Below are positions 28,865 through 39,300 of a DNA stretch of 64,000 bases, piece by piece. The position numbers were made by a program, and so were the translations under genes. This DNA comes from an uncultured virus (IMG/VR IMGVR_UViG_3300042868_008205) (lineage: Duplodnaviria > Heunggongvirae > Uroviricota > Caudoviricetes), in the IMG/VR virus record IMGVR_UViG_3300042868_008205, positions 1 to 64,000 of that record; one strand, given 5' to 3'. How positions within the stretch are numbered: position 1 is the stretch's first letter; every line of letters begins with the position of its first letter. A model generated the notes under the pieces. It had not been told where the DNA came from, did no database searches, and was given only the letters and a program-made list of their open reading frames with translations.

Positions 28865-28895
28865 TAAATATAACTTAGTTCAACTCAAATCCCAA
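28865..28895 (-). promoter_or_regulatory. Early-type promoter candidate TTG-N20-TATATTTA upstream of the helicase
   Basis: Same spacing as the motifs before the SSB and SNF2 genes. Confidence 0.5.
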
Positions 28896-29324
28896 ATATT
28901 CAAAACTTAATTCTTCCTCGGAAAAAATGTCAGTTAAATCTCTCAAAACATCTTTCAAAAATGGTCGTACATCAACGGTATAACGAACTTTGGGTGGATA
29001 TAATTTTCCATCAAAATATCTATGACAAATTGTCTGCTCTCCAATTCTGATGTGAATATTGAAGTGTTCGCTACCTTCAGTGAATGATGTCTCCATTAGG
29101 GTTGGGTCGTTCATAATCGCGTCTTGGTTATCTGACATATAGATAACGGTTTTCATCTTAAGATGATGTTGGAGTTGCTCCTTTAGTTGTTTAATGTAGT
29201 AGTACAACTCTAACGAGTTTTTTGCGTTTGGGTTGAATCCTCTAACATTAAAAAACCTTTGAACTACGATGTTGTCATTCAACGTAAGTAAGAATTCCAT
29301 TTTGGTACTGTCTTGCTCTCTCAT
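28875..29324 (-). CDS. Hypothetical protein in the replication block
   Basis: Start reassigned to ATG 29324 (MREQDSTK), just after the exonuclease stop. Confidence 0.7.
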   Translation of the reverse strand: MREQDSTKMEFLLTLNDNIVVQRFFNVRGFNPNAKNSLELYYYIKQLKEQLQHHLKMKTVIYMSDNQDAIMNDPTLMETSFTEGSEHFNIHIRIGEQTICHRYFDGKLYPPKVRYTVDVRPFLKDVLRDLTDIFSEEELSFEYLGFELN

Positions 29325-29326
29325 AT

Positions 29327-30325
29327 TTATTTTTTGTTTGTATTTCTTTTTTCTTTTCTTGTTAATTTTAGGAATGGTGTTAGGAAACTTACCCAAGCAT
29401 CATCGTTCTTGGGTAGATACTTAAAGAGACCATCCTCCATCATCATTCTCATTAAGTTTTTGTAACCCCTATCGGTGGGGTCTATTGTATCGTTTAATAT
29501 CTGTGTTACTAACTCTTTTCCTTCTTCGGTTATTAACGGATTAGATAGGTCAACAATCTTCTTATTTGTACTATAGAACTCTTCACCAAGTATAGACAAT
29601 TTCGTCTTACCTGTCAAAATATTATTTAAAACTTTAATAGGTTTTTTTTGTGGAATTTTTCCTGCGATATCCAATAATTCTTCGATAGTGCAAGGTTTCT
29701 CCTGAACTTGGGGGAAATATTTAACCAATGTTTTTTCACCAAGTCCCTCAATACCAATAATATTATCTCCTTTATCACCTGTGAATACCTTTGTTAATAA
29801 CACATTGTAATGTGGAATTTTAACTTTGTTAATAACGATGTTATCTCCGTTTTTAAAGTATTCTTTTGTGTTTGGTGCATAGATGGTTACATTATCCGAG
29901 ATAAGCTGTGTAAGGTCCTTATCTGCGGAAAATATGATGATTTTTTCATCGACCGCAATCTTGCAATAATGCGCAATCAAATCATCCGCCTCATTATTCG
30001 CCATTTCAACTTGACGAACAAATATTTCTTCCAAATATTGTTTAACTCTTGATTGTTGATACAAATATGATTCATACTTGTATTCGTTCATATCCAATGT
30101 TCGGTTTGCCTTATACTGTGGATATAAACTTTTTCTAACGGATGAATTAGAATCACCGTCCCAAAATACCACTACCTTATCGTGGTTGTGTTCTTCAAGG
30201 AATTTGCGGAGTATATTCACAAAGTGAAATACTCCACCCACATGAGCTCCGTCGTTATACACGTCTTTGGCTCCGTGGAATCCTATCTTGAATAAGTTGT
30301 TTCCGTCAACTAATAATGTTTTAAT
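29327..30325 (-). CDS. 5'-3' exonuclease / flap endonuclease (T4 RNase H / PolA N-terminal-like), probable ATT start
   Basis: KTLLVDGNNL lies upstream of the track's GTG start; WDG, YPQYKANR, EADDLIA, SADKDLTQL, GDKGDNIIGIEGLGEKT. Confidence 0.9.
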   Translation of the reverse strand: MKTLLVDGNNLFKIGFHGAKDVYNDGAHVGGVFHFVNILRKFLEEHNHDKVVVFWDGDSNSSVRKSLYPQYKANRTLDMNEYKYESYLYQQSRVKQYLEEIFVRQVEMANNEADDLIAHYCKIAVDEKIIIFSADKDLTQLISDNVTIYAPNTKEYFKNGDNIVINKVKIPHYNVLLTKVFTGDKGDNIIGIEGLGEKTLVKYFPQVQEKPCTIEELLDIAGKIPQKKPIKVLNNILTGKTKLSILGEEFYSTNKKIVDLSNPLITEEGKELVTQILNDTIDPTDRGYKNLMRMMMEDGLFKYLPKNDDAWVSFLTPFLKLTRKEKRNTNKK

Positions 30326-30355
30326 GTCTCTTGTGTTTTATAGTGTGAATACTTC

Positions 30356-31360
30356 TCAATCCTCTTTCTCTTCTTTCAATTCAAAATCTAAAGATGCAAT
30401 ACCAAGAATATCTTTCCAATAGTCAGCATGTTCTTTTTTATAAGCCTCAATAGATATCTTTTCTTCTGCAGCTTCTTTACCCGCCAAGAACCCGTGTGGT
30501 GTTACAATTATCTTACCATCTTCATAACCCAATCCATTAATGTGATTCTTCATCACAGAAATTTTAGTTCTAATTGCAAATTTAACACTTCTTTTGTCTT
30601 TTGTTGCAGTAATTTTGTTAGTTCCTGCACCTTTTTGGTTACCGAATAAGAATACCAAAGATGAGTTTAACCAAATTGCCTCACCACCTTTAGCTTTAAT
30701 CTTAGGTTGTCCAAATGGATTATCAGGTAATTCAACCCAAGGTTGGTTGACAATAACCAAAGTGTTTTCGTATTTTGAATCTGATTTACGAGAACCTGAA
30801 ATACGTTGGTTGATACCCATACCAATTTTGTCTGCCAATACAGATGCGTTGTGTTGCTTTCCACCTTTACCATCAAATGTCATCTTACAAGGAACTGAAC
30901 CAACAGAATCCCATAAGAACAATAAACTATAATCCAACTCACCTTTTTCTTGCGCATCTAACAAACTATTAATATAGTCGGTGATTTGCTCAATATAATT
31001 GAAGTTGTTATTAAAGATGTAGAATCCGTCCCAATCAACTTCTCCTGTTGCTTCATCAACAACTTCTTCACAGTCAAAACCCATAAGTTTTGCGTGTTCA
31101 AAAGACCATTTTTGTTCAGTAATAATGAACACAGGTAGAATACCTTTCTTTTGAGCATCAACCGCAGATTTAACCAATGCGGTAGTTTTTCCTGTATCTG
31201 AGTGACCCAAGAACATATTTAAATGTCCAATCGCAGGACCAGGTACTCCAACCGCATCTAAGAAATCAGGACCTAAGTCAAAAAATCTTTGGGGTTTGTA
31301 TTTTGCTGAGGTAGAGAATTTTTTCTTTACCAAGCTGAAATCATTTTTTTTAATTGCCAT
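30356..31360 (-). CDS. recA: RecA/UvsX-like recombinase
   Basis: Walker A GHSDTGKTT, WDSVGS, IVNQPW, KAKGGEAI. Confidence 0.88.
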   Translation of the reverse strand: MAIKKNDFSLVKKKFSTSAKYKPQRFFDLGPDFLDAVGVPGPAIGHLNMFLGHSDTGKTTALVKSAVDAQKKGILPVFIITEQKWSFEHAKLMGFDCEEVVDEATGEVDWDGFYIFNNNFNYIEQITDYINSLLDAQEKGELDYSLLFLWDSVGSVPCKMTFDGKGGKQHNASVLADKIGMGINQRISGSRKSDSKYENTLVIVNQPWVELPDNPFGQPKIKAKGGEAIWLNSSLVFLFGNQKGAGTNKITATKDKRSVKFAIRTKISVMKNHINGLGYEDGKIIVTPHGFLAGKEAAEEKISIEAYKKEHADYWKDILGIASLDFELKEEKED

Positions 31361-31384
31361 ATTTTTTTTTAGTTAAAAAGAAAA

Positions 31385-31419
31385 AGCTTGGACACTTTAC
31401 CTAAGTGAATGTCCAAGCT
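31385..31419 (-). terminator. Rho-independent terminator after the SSB gene
   Basis: 10-bp stem AGCTTGGACA/TGTCCAAGCT followed by a T-rich run on the minus strand. Confidence 0.8.
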
Positions 31420-31429
31420 CATTATATAA

Positions 31430-32290
31430 TTAGAACGGTAAGTCAGAGTCAACTTCATCATTTGCCTGAGAGTCAACAATATCTATTTTAGTTTCAGATT
31501 TTTTAGACCCACCCATTGAAGTTGTTGATTCAGTGTCATTACCATATACATAACCACCCTTATCATTATCCCATTTTGGAGTTTCTCCACGAGCGATAGC
31601 CTCAAGATAATCAACAGGTTTTTTAGAATAAACATCTAACCAAGTTAATTCATCTTCAACCCAAGCTTTAGACTGAGCAGCTTCTGCGTGTACAGGACCT
31701 TGGTCTTCATACATAATTGTAGACACACTTGTGTAATCTTTACCTGCGTTTGTTTTAGATTTTGTTAACTCAATGATTAAGTCACGTCCTTTTTCAGGGT
31801 CGGTAACATCACCTTTGTTTCTCCAAATTGGAATGATTTTATCTAAGATACCATCATTCTTATAATTGTGTTTGAATCTCCAAAACTTCGGACCATCTTC
31901 TTCGTGGTCTCTGTCAATAACCTTAACAATATAAAACTTACGAGATTTATATTGTTTAGCCAATTCTTTGTCTGACTCTTTGCCAGTTGACATCAATTCT
32001 TCATAAACCTCATTTAATGGAGAACGCTCGTTGTCATTCTTTGCTGGGTCATAGAATTTTTGCCATTGTCCACCTACTTGAATTTCGTGGTACCATGCTT
32101 CTTTAAATGGTGAAGAACCATCTTGTGTTGGTAGGATACGTATTTTACGTTGTCCTGATTTCTCTTTGTCTCCAAGGATACAAGCGAAATACTTTTTCAT
32201 TCTTTCGTCTTGCGACATTTTGCTTTGGGCCCCGCCCCCTTGTTGTGCTTTTTCGTACTGTGCCAATACGGCGTCTAATGAACTCATCAT
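31430..32290 (-). CDS. Single-stranded DNA-binding protein (T4 gp32-like)
   Basis: IRILP...PF...YH, DVTDPEKGRDLII, acidic C-terminus DEVDSDLPF; next to RecA. Confidence 0.82.
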   Translation of the reverse strand: MMSSLDAVLAQYEKAQQGGGAQSKMSQDERMKKYFACILGDKEKSGQRKIRILPTQDGSSPFKEAWYHEIQVGGQWQKFYDPAKNDNERSPLNEVYEELMSTGKESDKELAKQYKSRKFYIVKVIDRDHEEDGPKFWRFKHNYKNDGILDKIIPIWRNKGDVTDPEKGRDLIIELTKSKTNAGKDYTSVSTIMYEDQGPVHAEAAQSKAWVEDELTWLDVYSKKPVDYLEAIARGETPKWDNDKGGYVYGNDTESTTSMGGSKKSETKIDIVDSQANDEVDSDLPF

Positions 32291-32327
32291 ATTTTATTTA
32301 AATTTTAATTTGTTGGTTTGTTGTATA

Positions 32328-32356
32328 ATTATAATCTAGTTTTGGGTGTTTGTCAA
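32328..32356 (-). promoter_or_regulatory. Consensus sigma70-type promoter TTGACA-N17-TATAAT heading the SSB/replication block
   Basis: Exact consensus: -35 at 32356-32351, -10 at 32333-32328. Confidence 0.85.
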
Positions 32357-32363
32357 ATAAAAA

Positions 32364-32384
32364 AACCACCTTTTTAGGGTGGTT
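32364..32384 (-). terminator. Rho-independent terminator separating late genes from the replication block
   Basis: Stem AACCACC/GGTGGTT followed by a T-run on the minus strand. Confidence 0.8.
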
Positions 32385-32406
32385 CTTATTAATATGTTAA
32401 ATAATA

Positions 32407-33069
32407 TTATTTATATCTTAACTCATCTTTTTGTCCACTTCCTTGGAAGGAGCCCTTGATATCGTTAACATTTATGTCAGTCACATCCTGTGGAGTTAAA
32501 ACATAATCATTTTTTCCCGTCTTTTCCATCTCATCTTTTTTATCATCAAAAAATTGTGATAATTTTTGATTAAATGGATATGAATCATAGCTTCTTAACT
32601 CTAATTTTTCTTGAGGTGTTTTCTCTCTATACTTTTCAATCTTGTTTTCAAGAGCGTTAAGTTTGTTCATAATAGCATCCATCTCACCTAATCTTGATTC
32701 CAATTTAGTCAATTGTCCAAATAAGTTATCAAAATAATCATCTTGTTTTTTCTCAATATTTTTTTGAGAATCTACCAATTCAGTAATGTCTAATTCTTCA
32801 GAACCACTTTCAGTACCACCTTCTTCAGATTTTCCGTCATCATCAATCTTTTCAACATCAGGGTCATTATCAACATCTATTGGTGTTGGTGCTCCGCCTG
32901 GTGCTGGAGGTGGTGGTGGGGTTGCTAATGCATCTGCAGGGGGTGGCGGGGGTGCTGCTCCTTCTTCAGGGGCCAACGCAGCCAAGTCATCACCAGCCTG
33001 TTCTCTGATATAATTATTGATACTTTTGTATCTTTGAATTTCACTTAATATTTTTTTATCTAAACTCAT
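32407..33069 (-). CDS. Acidic Pro-rich coiled-coil protein (possible internal head or scaffold-like protein)
   Basis: ILSEIQR...IREQ N-terminus, poly-Pro, coiled coil LTKLESRLGEMDAIMNKLNALENKIE. Confidence 0.6.
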   Translation of the reverse strand: MSLDKKILSEIQRYKSINNYIREQAGDDLAALAPEEGAAPPPPPADALATPPPPPAPGGAPTPIDVDNDPDVEKIDDDGKSEEGGTESGSEELDITELVDSQKNIEKKQDDYFDNLFGQLTKLESRLGEMDAIMNKLNALENKIEKYREKTPQEKLELRSYDSYPFNQKLSQFFDDKKDEMEKTGKNDYVLTPQDVTDINVNDIKGSFQGSGQKDELRYK

Positions 33070-33073
33070 TGTA

Positions 33074-33298
33074 TTATCCGTTTAATAATTGTTTAATTCC
33101 TCTAGATGTTTCTACTCTAACTTTTCTATTGGCAGTTGTTTGTTGACCAGCTCTTTCGATAAGACCGTCTCTTTCTCTTACAGTATAACAATCTCCAGTA
33201 TCTAAATCACAAACTTGTTTAGTTCCGTCTCCGTTGTCTTCTTCTGAAAATCTAACTGATTTTCCAAGATAGTTATCTAATGTTGTTTTTAAGCTCAT
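33074..33298 (-). CDS. Small hypothetical protein (CDLDTGDC)
   Basis: 74-aa ORF with TATTTATA upstream. Confidence 0.7.
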   Translation of the reverse strand: MSLKTTLDNYLGKSVRFSEEDNGDGTKQVCDLDTGDCYTVRERDGLIERAGQQTTANRKVRVETSRGIKQLLNG

Positions 33299-33354
33299 AA
33301 AAATCTTTTTATATAAATATACGATTTAAGTGAATGTTATTCCTAATTACTAAA

Positions 33355-36300
33355 TTATATAAATTTAAAATTAAAAGTTTGTGGTACGTTTTGCGGGTTT
33401 AAAGTTTTATTTGTAGGAACTGCGGTAACTATAAATTGAATATCGACCGTTTGACCATCTTTAAGAAAATTGGTTTTAAATTCAGGAACTGGATTATTAA
33501 TTAATATATCGGCAACATCGTTACGGGTTATTGTGAATACGTTACCAGAAACATAATTTGAGATTACTAACGGTACACTTCTATTTATTGTTTCTCTTCT
33601 AACATTATTTACAATAGAAGTATCAAAAACCGCAACAATCATATCAACATTTTGTTCTAATGTCCAAGTATTAAGTGCAGCCGCTTGAGGATTCACACTA
33701 ACAGTTAATTTACCAGTTAAATCTCTTATTAATATTTCTGTTTCTCCTATTAACGTAACAGGTCCTGTTTGTTGTGGTTGAGTATTTGTGTTTTTTGAGT
33801 TTTTTGGTACAGGTGTTACTTGTGCTGGGTCATAGGTGAAAAGGGTCACACTTCTTCCAATTCCATTTACTCCACTAACAATTATAAGATTTTTTTGAGC
33901 ATTAGTTAATCCATTATTAGTATATGGAACAACGACATTTAAGTTAGTTGAACTATTAACAGTTATGCCAGTAGTTGTCAATACGTTATTAATTGTAATT
34001 CCTGTGATATTTTCAAAATCCACACCCGTTATTGTTAATATTGTACCACTCACACCTGTTAATGGTGATATGGTTAATATCCTTGGAGGTAAACAATTTG
34101 ATGATTGATTAACCGTATTTAATTGTTGTTGAATTGTTTGACTATTTCTCGTAGTTTGAGTTTTTAATTGCCCTGCAGAATCTACGTTTAACCCCGCATC
34201 TCCCGCAGACTTAAATCCTTTATCAAACGTTGATTGTAATTTAGTATATTCACTAATGTGTGAGTCAAAATAATCTTCACTAACATTAGAAACAGGCCAA
34301 TAACACACATAATATTTAGTAAGGCCTAATCCTGTTGTCGTATTATATACTCTATCAACATTTGAAGATAATTTTGAAATCATAAAATCAAAGAATTTTC
34401 CTATGTTATCAAAATTGGCAACAGGTTGTGATGTAGGTTTATCAGTTGAATTTGATATATTTACACAAGAGTATTTTTTATTACTAAAATAATTACTATT
34501 TGTCCCATAATCTGTGGTTAGTGTTATATTCGCGTAGTTATTGTTATAACCATAGAATTTACCAGTATTAAATGTCTTAGCGTAACATATTAAATAAATA
34601 AGAACTTGTAATTGTGGATTAAGTGTTTTCTTTTGAAGTTCAGTAACAAATTCAGTTTGATTTATACTTGTCGTTACCGATGATTGAGCATCTCCCCAAG
34701 TTTCATAAGCAACCGCTAAATTACTACTACAAGAATTTTGTGCGGCTGCGGTACTATCACCAACCTGACTAACGTATTTAGATTTATTAACATTAGTAAT
34801 TGCCTTGGCAGTTACAGAATCTTTTCTATTTTTAATAATTGCCTCTACTTTAGTTAATAAATTTTGATTTATACTTTGTAAAAAACTATCAATTGATGGT
34901 AAGTTATAAATACCTTGTCTAACACCACCAAATGTTGTTTGGAATGAACCAGGAGTAATGACATGACTAACATCAGTAATAAAATAAGGCCCATTAAACA
35001 TCGGAACGTGTCTAAGATTAAAATACATTGTTGGCTGTAATAAAGCATTACCCAAACAACTAACTTGACAAGTATAACTTCTTTGTTTGTATAAATTATA
35101 TAAACTTACGTTTTGAGTTGCAACATTTCTACCGTTAGCTTGGTCAACCATATTTAATTGTGTCTGAATTGTCTCTGAAGTAGCCTTACCACTTTCCATT
35201 CCAACTTGGAATGAATAGAACACTCCTTGGTTTCTATTTCCAATATCAACATTAAAACCAACACATTTATTTGAAACCGCCCAATCTTTTTTAGTCGTTT
35301 GGTCTTCAATTAATGGGTTATCAGACGCTCTTCTTAATTCAAATGCATCATCTCTAAATCTTGAATTTCCTTTTGGTAAATCTAAATGTGTGGATGGTTG
35401 TCCCACATAAAAACAAATCATCTTAGGGCTTGAATTTCTATAATCAACATTTAAAAATGTCCCCCACATATTGTCGGCAAACTCTAATTGACCATTAGCT
35501 TGTGGTATGGTAGTACCATCAACATCTTGTATATTATAAAAATTAACATATGCAGGTAATGGCATCACATTAAATTTATTTTTAATCAAAAACCCACTCA
35601 TAAATGTGAATACACTCATTTCCATATTAAGTGAATTTTCATTTAATATGTTTTTAAAATCAAAAATATCAACAATAATTGTATCCCCAATATTTCTTGA
35701 CGCTCTGTCTAAGAACATAATATCTTCAAATAGTGTTTTGGTTGTATAGTCAGAACCCGCAACCCATTTGTCATTTAACGCTTTAAATACCTCATAATTT
35801 TCAACCTTACTTTGTTGTCCATCAATAACTGTTTGAATAGTTCTTTCAGGTAATTGTTGTTGGTCGGGTAAATCACGTCTAATATTAGTTAATAATCCAT
35901 TTAAAATAATATTTTGAAAATCAGTAGTTAACCCCAAATAAGTTTGGAGATTAGTTCCAAATTCCACACTTGTTAAGGTTGGCGAATATAACTTTTGTGT
36001 TGCAAACATTTTAATTAATGGTGCACATAACACAACGTTAGCCTCAGTAAACTCAATATTACTGTCAATGAAGAAATCTGTTATATATGAACCTGAATCT
36101 GTATATTGTAAATTTGTGATGGTTGAGAACCCTACTTCAGTTTCCAAAGCTCTCCACGCAACAGTATTATTTGATTTAGAAGTTGCAACACTTGTTGTGT
36201 TTAATATTGACGGTAAACTATTTTTAATATAAGGGTTAAAAAATATTGGACTGTCAATCGCATTATTTCCACCAACATGAACTATATATGATGCCATAAC

Positions 36301-39300
36301 CCTTCTATTATAATCCGCTGGGTTACCATATTTCAAAATAACATCATACTCCATAAAAGATTTTACGGTATTTGAAAATGTTATTAATTGTGTTTGACCA
36401 ACACTATTGAAATATTGTTCATTTGTTAATGAACCATCATTACTATTAATCTCCATTAAATTTCGAAACAAATATTGGAAGTTTTTAAAAAACACATTTG
36501 GGTCTGCTGGCGATACACCAACAGGAACTATAATTTGCGGTCCTAAATCAATATTAGAAATTGGTTTACAGAAATTTAAAAATTCTTGTTCAAGTTTATC
36601 TAAAATACTTTTATCAAAAACCGAAAAGATTTCTTCAATATTAGAATAATCATTATCTATCTTTAATTTAAACGCCGATTGTTGTGTTGTTCCAGTTGTA
36701 ATTTTATTTACATAGGAGTCTGGTTGTGGTTTTGATATTTGAGTATTATTAAAGTATCCATAATTCGATGCTGCCCATAATAATCTAACAGAACCGTTAT
36801 AAATTGAGGGGTTATCCATAAATGGACATACCGATGTTCCATTATTTAAACATTCACTTATCACTTGGTTAATTTGAGTTCCAAATGAAGGAACAACATA
36901 ATATGTTAGACTTGTTGTATTGTTACTTGGAGTACAAGCGGCAGAATTAGTTGTTAAATCAGCAACACCGTTAGGTAAAACAACAGACCATGTTTGAATA
37001 TTTAAATCTTCAGTTGTTGTCGTGGTACCAACCGTGGTACTTGAAACTGCACTCACGTTTGAGGTAGGGAAGTTAAATACTTTTACGCCGCCATCAACAC
37101 TCGCCTGTATTTCAGAATCGGTATACCCACTATACAAATCATAACCATTATAAAATACGTTAAAATCATTAATTACTTTAGGGTAAAAACCTGTTTGTAT
37201 TTTTGTAATATCATTTGATTTGTTTTGTAATGTTATTTCGTTAGGTAATACTCCATCAAATTTAAAAGTATATGTTTTTGTATCTGAACTTAGAATTGGG
37301 TCAAAGTTTGTTTTATAATCAAAATCTTTCCAAACAGAATCTAAAATATCTACATTGGTATTTTTATAAGTTTTATATCTATGCCAAATAGAACCCATCT
37401 TTAAAACCCAAGCAAATGGCATCTTATGAATAGCACCAAACTTCTTAAAACAAGACGCAATATAATCCAAATCACTTGAAGCTGCGTTGGTTTTATATTT
37501 TTCCCTTAATGTTGCTAACGGTAATGAATTAATAAAAAGGTACGCTGCTTGTGTATAGGGGTAAGGGTCGTTTTTTCTCCAATTATAAACCCCATTTTGT
37601 ATTGCATTAACAAAATAAGGTGTATTCAACATTGAGGTTGTTGTTTCAGTTTCAATTATTTTATTTGGTGATAGATAATTTACATATCCTTCGGTTGGTA
37701 CAAAAGATGTTGGGTCTTTTCTTGTATTATAAAAAGCATCTAATTCAAAAGAGTTGGTTATTTCGTTACTTGGATTAGAAACTTTTAAATAAGAAAAATT
37801 AGTAACTGGTCTATTTTTAGTATAATCGTAAATGCTGTTAAAGTTGGCAATAACATTCCTATCCTCAAAAACTGTTAATACATTAGTTGTATTGTACACT
37901 GAGTTGTTAGTACTACTATTACTATCACTCATATTATTTGAAACCCAAGTTGGATTAGTAAACGGATATGTATCTATAATAATTGGGTCGTTTGGTGCGT
38001 TTTTGACTAATTGTAATAATCCGTCTGACTTTGCACTTGTCTGAGGTTCTTTACCTAAATCACTTAAACTTAAAATATTAAAAGAATTTTCTGTTAAATT
38101 TTTAATATATGGTGTAACATAAAAATCTTTAATATAATCTTGATAAGCCCTACCCGTTCCTTGATTAGATATGTTCTCTAAAAAAACTGAATAGTTTTGG
38201 GCGGTAATATTATAATTCTTAAGTTTTAATGTTAAAAATGGTGAACTAACACCTAAGCTAGTAATAATATTATTTGTTTCTGCACTAATAATTAAATTAG
38301 ATAGTTGGTCCAACTGATTTGCATTACCCCTAATAAATCCAGAATAGTTTGAACTTAAGAATTGTCTTTCCCATATCTCATAGAAAAATTTAATCTCTTC
38401 TTTATTAGCATACGCAATTCCTTCTGAAGGATATTCAATTGCATTAAAATTAATAATGTTGGTAGTATTTTGACTATCAATTGGCGATTGAGCTAAAGGT
38501 GGATTAAACTTTTGAGTTAGACCTCTCATATATTCCTCAACAAATTCAACTTCAGGCCACTTATCATAAAGATAACCTTTTGTGACATCAACATTACGAG
38601 GGTCGGCAATATATCTTAATTGAAATCTACCCTTTTTATCTTCAGGGGTTTCAACAAAAAATTGAGGCCAAGGATAAACAGGTATCTTACTATTAACTAA
38701 ACCTTGATTTTCATTTTCCGATTTCTCAGAAATATTAACTTTATCTAAAGAATCCGTACCTTGTGCTGATGAGACGTTATCTAAGATTGCCAGTTGTCTT
38801 ATAGGGTCATATCTTACATTCCAAGCCTTTGTGTGAACTTCATCTAATAAACGAATAAATCCTTCAGCTGAAGCCATAATTACCGCACACATATTTCTTA
38901 CAGTTGGTATAAATCCAAGACCAGATGCCGAATCTTCAAGTTTTCTCGCCAAATCTGCAGATAATGTAGTTTCATATTCTGATAATTTTCTATTTGCCTC
39001 TGTTTCCATATTGGAAATTAAAGTTTTAAAAGTTTCAAAAATATATGCGGACGGCATAATAACATTTATCTTAGTATTTTCAGTACTACTATCGGATACT
39101 TCCTTTACAAGACTAGGTCTAAAAATCTGTTTAAAATATTTGTCAATAGACTGTATGTCCGCGGTTGTTGGCAACAATATACCTGTTTGAGACGTTGTTG
39201 TTTTTTCTACATCAATCTCTGTAAACGATACATCTTTAATCATAGTATTATATGTTATACTATTTTTGATTGGTGTTTGACCTAAATTACCTAAGGTTGG

